Source: Eledone cirrhosa
Lineage: Eukaryota
DNA: 64,000 bases
Direction of reading: 5' to 3'
NCBI GenBank assembly: GCA_964016885.1
Contig: OZ024744.1
Location: 64,480,001 to 64,544,000, forward strand
Positions 1 through 12,000 of the stretch are shown here, piece after piece. The notes beneath the pieces are model-generated. The model was not told the DNA's origin. It searched no databases and saw nothing but the letters and a program-made list of their open reading frames with translations. The translations under genes and the position numbers were made by a program. Position 1 is the first letter of the stretch. Each line of letters starts with the position of its first letter.

Positions 1-3000
1 GAGTTGTTGTTATCTTAAACTGAGAGAGAACTAGGTCAGGGTTGTTGTTATCTTAAACAGAGAGAAGACTAGGGTAGGGTTGTGGTCATCTTAAACTGAG
101 AGAGGACTAGGTTAGGGTTGTGGTCCTCTTAAACAGAGAGAGTACTAGGTTAGGGTAGTTGTCATCTTAAACTGAGAGGACTAGGTCAGAGTTGTTGTTA
201 TCTTAAACTGAGAGATAACTAGGTCAGGGTTCTTGCTATCTTAAACAGAGAGAGAACTAGGTCAGGGTTGTTGTTATCTTAAACAGAGAGAAGATAAGGG
301 TAGGGTTGTGGTCATCTTAAACTGAGAGAGGACTAGGTTAGGGTTGTGGTCCTCTTAAACAGAGAGAGGACTAGGTTAGGGTTGTTGTTATCTTAAACAT
401 AGAGAGGACTAGGTTAGGGTTGTTGTCATCTTAAACTAAGAGAGGACTAGGTTAGGGTAGTTGTTATGTTAAACTCAGAGAGAATTAGGTCAGGGTTGTT
501 GTTATCTTAAACAGAGAGAGAACTAGGTCAGGTTTGTTGTTATCTTAAACAGAGAGAGGAATAGGTTAGGGTTGGTGTTATCTTAAACACAGAGAGGACT
601 AGGTTAGGGTTGTTGTTATTTTAAACTGAGAGAGGAATAGGTTAGGGTTGGTGTCATCTTAAACAGAGAGAGAACTAGGTTAGTGTTGTTGTTATCTTAA
701 ACTGAGAGAGGACTAGTTTAGGGTTGTTGTTATCTTAAACTGAGAGGAAACTAGGTTACAGTTGTTGTCATCTTAAACAGAGAGAGGACTAGGTCAGGGT
801 TGTTGTCATCTTAAACAGAAAGAGGACTAGATTAGGGTTGTTGTCATCTTAAACTGCGAGAGGACTAGGTTAGGGTAAATGTTATCTTGAACTGAGAGAG
901 AACTAGGTCAGGGTTGTTGTTACCTTAAACTGAGAGAGGACTAGGTCAGAGTTGTTGCTATCTTAAACAGAGAGAGGACTAGGTTCGGGTTGTTGTCATC
1001 TTAAACTGAGAGAGGACTAGGTTAGGGTAATTGTTATCTTAAACTGAGAGAGAACTAGGTCAGGGTTGTTGTCATCTTAAACTGAGAGAGAACTAGGTCA
1101 GGGTTGTTGTCATCTTAAACTGAGAGGAAACTAGGTTTGGGTTGTTATCTTAAACAGAGAGAGGACTAGGTTAGGGTTGTTGTTATCTAAAACCGAGAGT
1201 GGACTAGGTTAGGGTAGTTGTCATCTTAAACTGAGAGAGGACTAGGTTAGGGTAATTGTTATTTTAAACTGAGAGGAGACTAGGTTAGGTTTGTTATCTT
1301 AAACTGAGAGAGGACTAGGTTAGAGTTGTTGTTATCTTAAACTTGGAAAAAAAACTAGGTCAGGGTTGTTGCTATCTTAAACACAAAGAGGACTAGGTTA
1401 GGGTTGTTATTTTAAACTGAAAGAGGACTAGATTAGGCTAATTGCTATCTTAAACAGAGAACTAGGTCAGGGTTGTGTTTATCTTACACTTAGAGATAAC
1501 TAGGTCAGGGAGTTGTTACCTTAAACTGAGAGAGGACTAGGTCAGGGTTGTTGTCATCTTAAACAGAGAGGACTAGGTCACGGTTGTTGTTATCTTAAAC
1601 AGAGAACTAGGTCAGGGTTATTATCATCTTAAACAGAGAGAGGACTAGCTTAGGGTAGTTGTTATCTTAAACTGAGAGAGGACTAGGTTAGGGTAGTTGT
1701 TATCTTAAACTGAGAGAGAACTAGGTCAGGGTTGTTGTTATCTTAAACTGAGAGAGTACTAGGTTAGGGTAGTTGTTATCTTAAACTGAGAGAGGACTAG
1801 GTTAGGGTAGTTGTTATCTTAAACTGAGAGAGGACTAGGTTAGGGTAGTTGTTACCTTAAACTGAGAGAGGACTAGGTTAGGGTTGTTGTTATCTTAAAC
1901 AGAGAGAGAGGACTAGGTTAGGGTAGTTGTCATCTTAAACAGAGAGGAGACTAGGTTAGGGTTGTTGTCATCTTAAACTGAGAGAGGACTAGGTCAGGGT
2001 TGTTGCTATCTTAAGCAGAGAGAGGACTAGGTTAGGGTTGTTGTTATTTTAAACAGTGAGAGGACTAGGTCAGGGTTTGTGTTATTTTAAACTGAGAGAG
2101 GAATAGGTTAGGGTTGGTGTTATTTTAAACTGACAGAGGAATAGGTTAGGGTTGGTGTTATCTTAAACAGAGAGAGGACTAGGTCAGGGTTGTTGCTATC
2201 TTAAACAGAGAGAGGACTAGGTCAGAGTTGATGTCATCTTAAACAGAGAGAGGACTAGGTCAGAGTTGATGTCATCTTAAACTGAGTGGAAACTAGGTTA
2301 GGGTTGTTCTCATCTTAAACTGAGAGAGGACTAGGTTAAGGTTGTTCTCATCTTAAACTGAGAGAGGACTAGGTTAGGGTTGTTATCTTAAACTGAGAGA
2401 GAACTAGGTCAGGGTTGTTGCTATCTTAAATAGAGAGAAAACTAGGTTAGGGTTATTGTTATTTTAAACAGAGACGAATAGGTTCGGGTTGGTTTTATCT
2501 TAAACAGAGAGGAATAGGTTAGGGTTGTTGTTATCTTAAACTGAGAGAACTAGGTCAGGGTTGTTGTCATTTTAAACTGAGAGATAACTAGGTCAGGGTT
2601 GTGGTCCTCTTAAACAGAGAGAGGACTAGTTCCGAGTTGTTGTCATCTTAAACAGAGAGAAGTAGGTGAGAGTTGTTGTTATCTTAAACTGAGAGAGAAC
2701 TAGGTCAGGGTTGTTGTTATCTTAAAGAGAGAAGACTAGGGTAGGGTTGTGGTCATCTTAAACTGAGAGAGGACTAGGTTAGGGTTGTGGTCCTCTTAAA
2801 CAGAGAGAGTACTAGGTTAGGGTAATTGTCATCTTAAACTGAGAGGACTAGGTCAGAGTTGTTGTTATCTTAAACTGAGAGATAACTAGGTCAGGGTTCT
2901 TGCTATCTTAAACAGAGAGAGAACTAGGTCAGGGTTGTTGTTATCTTAAACAGAGAGAAGATAAGGGTAGGGTTGTGGTCATCTTAAACTGAGAGAGGAC

Positions 3001-6000
3001 TAGGTTAGGGTTGTGGTCCTCATAAACAGAGAGAGGACTAGGTTAGGGTTGTTGTTATCTTAAACAGAGAGAGGACTAGGTTAGGGTTGTGGTCCTCTTA
3101 AACATAGAGAGGACTAGGTTAGGGTTGTTGTTATCTTAAACATAGAGGACTAGGTTAGGGTTGTTGTCATCTTAAACTAAGAGAGGACTAGGTTAGGGTA
3201 GTTGTTATGTTAAACTCAGAGAGAATTAGGTCAGGGTTGTTGTTATCTTAAACAGAGAGAGAACTAGGTCAGGTTTGTTGTTATCTTAAACAGAGAGAGG
3301 AATAGGTTAGGGTTGGTGTTATCTTAAACACAGAGAGGACTAGGTTAGGGTTGTTGTTATTTTAAACTGAGAGAGGAATAGGTTAGGGTTGGTGTCATCT
3401 TAAACAGAGAGAGAACTAGGTTAGTGTTGTTGTTATCTTAAACTGAGAGAGGACTAGTTTAGGGTTGTTGTTATCTTAAACTGAGAGGAAACTAGGTTAC
3501 AGTTGTTGTCATCTTAAACAGAGAGAGGACTAGGTCAGGGTTGTTGTCATCTTAAACAGAAAGAGGACTAGATTAGGGTTGTTGTCATCTTAAACTGCGA
3601 GAGGACTAGGTTAGGGTAAATGTTATCTTGAACTGAAAGAGAACTAGGTCAGGGTTGTTGTTACCTTAAACTGAGAGAGGACTAGGTCAGAGTTGTTGCT
3701 ATCTTAAACAGAGAGAGGACTAGGTTAGGGTAAATGTTATCTTGAACTGAAAGAGAACTAGGTCAGGGTTGTTGTTACCTTAAACTGAGAGAGGACTAGG
3801 TCAGAGTTGTTGCTATCTTAAACAGAGAGAGGACTAGGTTCGGGTTGTTGTCATCTTAAACTGAGAGAGGACTAGGTTAGGGTAATTGTTATCTTAAACT
3901 GAGAGAGAACTAGGTCAGGGTTGTTGTCATCTTAAACTGAGAGAGAACTAGGTCAGGGTTGTTGTCATCTTAAACTGAGAGGAAACTAGGTTTGGGTTGT
4001 TATCTTAAACAGAGAGAGGACTAGGTTAGGGTTGTTGTTATCTAAAACCGAGAGTGGACTAGGTTAGGGTAGTTGTCATCTTAAACTGAGAGAGGACTAG
4101 GTTAGGGTAATTGTTATTTTAAACTGAGAGGAGACTAGGTTAGGTTTGTTGTTACCTTAAACTGAGAGAGGACTAGGTTAGAGTTGTTGTTATCTTAAAC
4201 TTGGAAAAAAAACTAGGTCAGGGTTGTTGCTATCTTAAACACAAAGAGGACTAGGTTAGGGTTGTTATTTTAAACTGAAAGAGGACTAGGTTAGGCTAAT
4301 TGCTATCTTAAACAGAGAACTAGGTCAGGGTTGTGTTTATCTTACACTTAGAGATAACTAGGTCAGGGAGTTGTTACCTTAAACTGAGAGAGGACTAGGT
4401 CAGGGTTGTTGTCATCTTAAACAGAGAGGACTAGGTCACGGTTGTTGTTATCTTAAACAGAGAACTAGGTCAGGGTTATTATCATCTTAAACAGAGAGAG
4501 GACTAGCTTAGGGTAGTTGTTATCTTAAACTGAGAGAGGACTAGGTTAGGGTAGTTGTTATCTTAAACTGAGAGAGAACTAGGTCAGGGTTGTTGTTATC
4601 TTAAACTGAGAGAGTACTAGGTTAGGGTAGTTGTTATCTTAAACTGAGAGAGGACTAGGTTAGGGTAGTTGTTATCTTAAACTGAGAGAGGACTAGGTTA
4701 GGGTAGTTGTTACCTTAAACTGAGAGAGGACTAGGTTAGGGTTGTTGTTATCTTAAACAGAGAGAGAGGACTAGGTTAGGGTAGTTGTCATCTTAAACAG
4801 AGAGGAGACTAGGTTAGGGTTGTTGTCATCTTAAACTGAGAGAGGACTAGGTCAGGGTTGTTGCTATCTTAAGCAGAGAGAGGACTAGGTTAGGGTTGTT
4901 GTTATTTTAAACAGTGAGAGGACTAGGTCAGGGTTTGTGTTATTTTAAACTGAGAGAGGAATAGGTTAGGGTTGGTGTTATTTTAAACTGACAGAGGAAT
5001 AGGTTAGGGTTGGTGTTATCTTAAACAGAGAGAGGACTAGGTCAGGGTTGTTGCTATCTTAAACAGAGAGAGGACTAGGTCAGAGTTGATGTCATCTTAA
5101 ACAGAGAGAGGACTAGGTCAGAGTTGATGTCATCTTAAACTGAGTGGAAACTAGGTTAGGGTTGTTCTCATCTTAAACTGAGAGAGGACTAGGTTAGGGT
5201 TGTCCTCATCTTAAACTGAGAGAGGACTAGGTTAGGGTTGTTATCTTAAACTGAGAGAGAACTAGGTCAGGGTTGTTGCTATCTTAAATAGAGAGAAAAC
5301 TAGGTTAGGGTTATTGTTATTTTAAACAGAGACGAATAGGTTCGGGTTGGTTTTATCTTAAACAGAGAGGAATAGGTTAGGGTTGTTGTTATCTTAAACT
5401 GAGAGAACTAGGTCAGGGTTGTTGTCATTTTAAACTGAGAGATAACTAGGTCAGGGTTGTGGTCCTCTTAAGCAGAGAGAGGACTAGTTCCGAGTTGTTG
5501 TCATCTTAAACAGAGAGAAGTAGGTGAGAGTTGTTGTTATCTTAAACTGAGAGAGAACTAGGTCAGGGTTGTTGTTATCTTAAACAGAGAGAAGACTAGG
5601 GTAGGGTTGTGGTCATCTTAAACTGAGAGAGGACTAGGTTAGGGTTGTGGTCCTCTTAAACAGAGAGAGTACTAGGTTAGGGTAATTGTCATCTTAAACT
5701 GAGAGGACTAGGTCAGAGTTGTTGTTATCTTAAACTGAGAGATAACTAGGTCAGGGTTCTTGCTATCTTAAACAGAGAGAGAACTAGGTCAGGGTTGTTG
5801 TTATCTTAAACAGAGAGAAGATAAGGGTAGGGTTGTGGTCATCTTAAACTGAGAGAGGACTAGGTTAGGGTTGTGGTCCTCATAAACAGAGAGAGGACTA
5901 GGTTAGGGTTGTTGTTATCTTAAACAGAGAGAGGACTAGGTTAGGGTTGTGGTCCTCTTAAACATAGAGAGGACTAGGTTAGGGTTGTTGTTATCTTAAA

Positions 6001-9000
6001 CATAGAGGACTAGGTTAGGGTTGTTGTCATCTTAAACTAAGAGAGGACTAGGTTAGGGTAGTTGTTATGTTAAACTCAGAGAGAATTAGGTCAGGGTTGT
6101 TGTTATCTTAAACAGAGAGAGAACTAGGTCAGGTTTGTTGTTATCTTAAACAGAGAGAGGAATAGGTTAGGGTTGGTGTTATCTTAAACACAGAGAGGAC
6201 TAGGTTAGGGTTGTTGTTATTTTAAACTGAGAGAGGAATAGGTTAGGGTTGGTGTCATCTTAAACAGAGAGAGAACTAGGTTAGTGTTGTTGTTATCTTA
6301 AACTGAGAGAGGACTAGTTTAGGGTTGTTGTTATCTTAAACTGAGAGGAAACTAGGTTACAGTTGTTGTCATCTTAAACAGAGAGAGGACTAGGTCAGGG
6401 TTGTTGTCATCTTAAACAGAAAGAGGACTAGATTAGGGTTGTTGTCATCTTAAACTGCGAGAGGACTAGGTTAGGGTAAATGTTATCTTGAACTGAAAGA
6501 GAACTAGGTCAGGGTTGTTGTTACCTTAAACTGAGAGAGGACTAGGTCAGAGTTGTTGCTATCTTAAACAGAGAGAGGACTAGGTTAGGGTAAATGTTAT
6601 CTTGAACTGAAAGAGAACTAGGTCAGGGTTGTTGTTACCTTAAACTGAGAGAGGACTAGGTCAGAGTTGTTGCTATCTTAAACAGAGAGAGGACTAGGTT
6701 CGGGTTGTTGTCATCTTAAACTGAGAGAGGACTAGGTTAAGGTAATTGTTATCTTAAACTGAGAGAGAACTAGGTCAGGGTTGTTGTCATCTTAAACTGA
6801 GAGAGAACTAGGTCAGGGTTGTTGTCATCTTAAACTGAGAGAGAACTAGGTCAGGGTTGTTGTCATCTTAAACTGAGAGGAAACTAGGTTTGGGTTGTTA
6901 TCTTAAACAGAGAGAGGACTAGGTTAGGGTTGTTGTTATCTAAAACCGAGAGTGGACTAGGTTAGGGTAGTTGTCATCTTAAACTGAGAGAGGACTAGGT
7001 TAGGGTAATTGTTATTTTAAACTGAGAGGAGACTAGGTTAGGTTTGTTGTTACCTTAAACTGAGAGAGGACTAGGTTAGAGTTGTTGTTATCTTAAACTT
7101 GGAAAAAAAACTAGGTCAGGGTTGTTGCTATCTTAAACACAAAGAGGACTAGGTTAGGGTTGTTATTTTAAACTGAAAGAGGACTAGGTTAGGCTAATTG
7201 CTATCTTAAACAGAGAACTAGGTCAGGGTTGTGTTTATCTTACACTTAGAGATAACTAGGTCAGGGAGTTGTTACCTTAAACTGAGAGAGGACTAGGTCA
7301 GGGTTGTTGTCATCTTAAACAGAGAGGACTAGGTCACGGTTGTTGTTATCTTAAACAGAGAACTAGGTCAGGGTTATTATCATCTTAAACAGAGAGAGGA
7401 CTAGCTTAGGGTAGTTGTTATCTTAAACTGAGAGAGGACTAGGTTAGGGTAGTTGTTATCTTAAACTGAGAGAGAACTAGGTCAGGGTTGTTGTTATCTT
7501 AAACTGAGAGAGTACTAGGTTAGGGTAGTTGTTATCTTAAACTGAGAGAGGACTAGGTTAGGGTAGTTGTTATCTTAAACTGAGAGAGGACTAGGTTAGG
7601 GTAGTTGTTACCTTAAACTGAGAGAGGACTAGGTTAGGGTTGTTGTTATCTTAAACAGAGAGAGAGGACTAGGTTAGGGTAGTTGTCATCTTAAACAGAG
7701 AGGAGACTAGGTTAGGGTTGTTGTCATCTTAAACTGAGAGAGGACTAGGTCAGGGTTGTTGCTATCTTAAGCAGAGAGAGGACTAGGTTTGGGTTGTTGT
7801 TATTTTAAACAGTGAGAGGACTAGGTCAGGGTTTGTGTTATTTTAAACTGAGAGAGGAATAGGTTAGGGTTGGTGTTATTTTAAACTGACAGAGGAATAG
7901 GTTAGGGTTGGTGTTATCTTAAACAGAGAGAGGACTAGGTCAGGGTTGTTGCTATCTTAAACAGAGAGAGGACTAGGTCAGAGTTGATGTCATCTTAAAC
8001 AGAGAGAGGACTAGGTCAGAGTTGATGTCATCTTAAACTGAGTGGAAACTAGGTTAGGGTTGTTCTCATCTTAAACTGAGAGAGGACTAGGTTAAGGTTG
8101 TTCTCATCTTAAACTGAGAGAGGACTAGGTTAGGGTTGTTATCTTAAACTGAGAGAGAACTAGGTCAGGGTTGTTGCTATCTTAAATAGAGAGAAAACTA
8201 GGTTAGGGTTATTGTTATTTTAAACAGAGACGAATAGGTTCGGGTTGGTGTTATCTTAAACAGAGAGGAATAGGTTAGGGTTGTTGTTATCTTAAACTGA
8301 GAGAACTAGGTCAGGGTTGTTGTCATTTTAAACTGAGAGATAACTAGGTCAGGGTTGTGGTCCTCTTAAACAGAGAGAGGACTAGTTCCGAGTTGTTGTC
8401 ATCTTAAACAGAGAGAAGTAGGTGAGAGTTGTTGTTATCTTAAACTGAGAGAGAACTAGGTCAGGGTTGTTGTTATCTTAAACAGAGAGAAGACTAGGGT
8501 AGGGTTGTGGTCATCTTAAACTGAGAGAGGACTAGGTTAGGGTTGTGGTCCTCTTAAACAGAGAGAGTACTAGGTTAGGGTAGTTGTCATCTTAAACTGA
8601 GAGGACTAGGTCAGAGTTGTTGTTATCTTAAACTGAGAGATAACTAGGTCAGGGTTCTTGCTATCTTAAACAGAGAGAGAACTAGGTCAGGGTTGTTGTT
8701 ATCTTAAACAGAGAGAAGATAAGGGTAGGGTTGTGGTCATCTTAAACTGAGAGAGGACTAGGTTAGGGTTGTGGTCCTCATAAACAGAGAGAGGACTAGG
8801 TTAGGGTTGTTGTTATCTTAAACAGAGAGAGGACTAGGTTAGGGTTGTGGTCCTCTTAAACAGAGAGAGGACTAGGTTAGGGTTGTTGTTATCTTAAACA
8901 TAGAGGACTAGGTTAGGGTTGTTGTCATCTTAAACTAAGAGAGGACTAGGTTAGGGTAGTTGTTATGTTAAACTCAGAGAGAATTAGGTCAGGGTTGTTG

Positions 9001-12000
9001 TTATCTTAAACAGAGAGAGAACTAGGTCAGGTTTGTTGTTATCTTAAACAGAGAGAGGAATAGGTTAGGGTTGGTGTTATCTTAAACACAGAGGACTAGG
9101 TTAGGGTTGTTGTTATTTTAAACTGAGAGAGGAATAGGTTAGGGTTGGTGTCATCTTAAACAGAGAGAGAACTAGGTTAGTGTTGTTGTTATCTTAAACT
9201 GAGAGAGGACTAGTTTAGGGTTGTTGTTATCTTAAACTGAGAGGAAACTAGGTTACAGTTGTTGTCATCTTAAACAGAGAGAGGACTAGGTCAGGGTTGT
9301 TGTCATCTTAAACAGAAAGAGGACTAGATTAGGGTTGTTGTCATCTTAAACTGCGAGAGGACTAGGTTAGGGTAAATGTTATCTTGAACTGAAAGAGAAC
9401 TAGGTCAGGGTTGTTGTTACCTTAAACTGAGAGAGGACTAGGTCAGAGTTGTTGCTATCTTAAACAGAGAGAGGACTAGGTTCGGGTTGTTGTCATCTTA
9501 AACTGAGAGAGGACTAGGTTAGGGTAATTGTTATCTTAAACTGAGAGAGAACTAGGTCAGGGTTGTTGTCATCTTAAACTGAGAGAGAACTAGGTCAGGG
9601 TTGTTGTCATCTTAAACTGAGAGGAAACTAGGTTTGGGTTGTTATCTTAAACAGAGAGAGGACTAGGTTAGGGTTGTTGTTATCTAAAACCGAGAGTGGA
9701 CTAGGTTAGGGTAGTTGTCATCTTAAACTGAGAGAGGACTAGGTTAGGGTAATTGTTATTTTAAACTGAGAGGAGACTAGGTTAGGTTTGTTGTTATCTT
9801 AAACTGAGAGAGGACTAGGTTAGAGTTGTTGTTATCTTAAACTTGTAAAAAAAACTAGGTCAGGGTTGTTGCTATCTTAAACACAAAGAGGACTAGGTTA
9901 GGGTTGTTATTTTAAACTGAAAGAGGACTAGGTTAGGCTAATTGCTATCTTAAACAGAGAACTAGGTCAGGGTTGTGTTTATCTTACACTTAGAGATAAC
10001 TAGGTCAGGGTGTTGTTACCTTAAACTGAGAGAGGACTAGGTCAGGGTTGTTGTCATCTTAAACAGAGAGAGGACTAGGTCACGGTTGTTATCTTAAACA
10101 GAGAACTAGGTCAGGGTTATTATCATCTTAAACAGAGAGAGGACTAGCTTAGGGTAGTTGTTATCTTAAACTGAGAGAGGACTAGGTTAGGGTAGTTGTT
10201 ATCTTAAACTGAGAGAGGACTAGGTTAGGGTAGTTGTTATCTTAAACTGAGAGAGGACTAGGTTAGGGTAGTTGTTACCTTAAACTGAGAGAGGACTAGG
10301 TTAGGGTTGTTGTTATCTTAAACAGAGAGAGAGGACTAGGTTAGGGTAGTTGTCATCTTAAACAGAGAGGAGACTAGGTTAGGGTTGTTGTCATCTTAAA
10401 CTGAGAGAGGACTAGGTCAGGGTTGTTGCTATCTTAAGCAGAGAGAGGACTAGGTTAGGGTTGTTGTTATTTTAAACAGTGAGAGGACTAGGTCAGGGTT
10501 TGTGTTATTTTAAACTGAGAGAGGAATAGGTTAGGGTTGGTGTTATTTTAAACTGACAGAGGAATAGGTTAGGGTTGGTGTTATCTTAAACAGAGAGAGG
10601 ACTAGGTCAGGGTTGTTGCTATCTTAAACAGAGAGAGGACTAGGTCAGAGTTGATGTCATCTTAAACTGAGTGGAAACTAGGTTAGGGTTGTTCTCATCT
10701 TAAACTGAGAGAGGACTAGGTTAGGGTTGTTATCTTAAACTGAGAGAGAACTAGGTCAGGGTTGTTGCTATCTTAAATAGAGAGAAAACTAGGTTAGGGT
10801 TATTGTTATTTTAAACAGAGACGAATAGGTTCGGGTTGGTGTTATCTTAAACAGAGAGGAATAGGTTAGGGTTGTTGTTATCTTAAACTGAGAGAACTAG
10901 GTCAGGGTTGTTGTCATTTTAAACTGAGAGATAACTAGGTCAGGGTTGTGGTCCTCTTAAACAGAGAGAGGACTAGTTCCGGGTTGTTGTCATCTTAAAC
11001 AGAGAGAAGTAGGTGAGAGTTGTTGTTATCTTAAACTGAGAGAGAACTAGGTCAGGGTTGTTGTCATCTTAAACAGAGAGAAGTAGGTCAGGGTTGTTGT
11101 TATCTTAAACTGAGAGAGAACTAGGTCAGGGTTGTTGTCATCTTAAACAGAGAGAAGTAGGTCAGGGTTGTTGTTATCTTAAACTGAGAGAGAACTAGGT
11201 CAGGGTTGGTGCTATCTTAAACAGAGACAGGAATAGGTTAGGGTTGTTGTTATTTTAAACTGAGAGAGGAATAGGTTAGGGTTGGTATTACCTTAAACTG
11301 AGAGAGGACTAGGTCAGGGCTGTTGCTATCTTAAACAGAGAGAGGACTAGGGTTGTTGTTATCTTAAACAATGAGTGGACTAGGTTAGGGTTGTTATCTT
11401 AAACTGAGAGAGAACTAGGTCAGGGTTGTTGCTATCTTAAATAGAGAGAAAACTAGGTTAGGGTTATTGTTATTTTAAACAGAGACGAATAGGTTCGGGT
11501 TGGTGTTATCTTAAACAGAGAGGAATAGGTTAGGGTTGTTGTCATCTTAAACAGAGAGAGGACTAGGTTAGGGTTGTTGTTATCTTAAACTGAGACATGA
11601 CTAGGTTAGGGTTGTTGTCATCTTAAACTGAGAGAGAACTACGTCACGGTTGTTATCTTAAACTGAGAGAGAACTAGGTCAAGTTTGTTGTTATCTTAAA
11701 CAGCGATAGGACTAGGTCAGGGTTGATGTCATCTTGAACTGAGAGGAAACTAGGTTAGAGTAGTTGTCATCTTAAACAGAGAGGACTAGGTTAAGGTTGT
11801 TGTTATCTAAAACTGAGAGAGGACTAGGTTAGGGCAATTGTTATTTTAAACTGAGTGAAAACTAGGTCAGGGTTGTTGTTACCTTAAACTGAGAGAGAAC
11901 TATGTTAGGGTTGTTGTCATCTTAAACACAGGAGACTAGGTTAGGGTTGTTATCTTAAACTGAGAGAGGACTAGGTCAGGGTTGTTGTCATCTTAAACAG

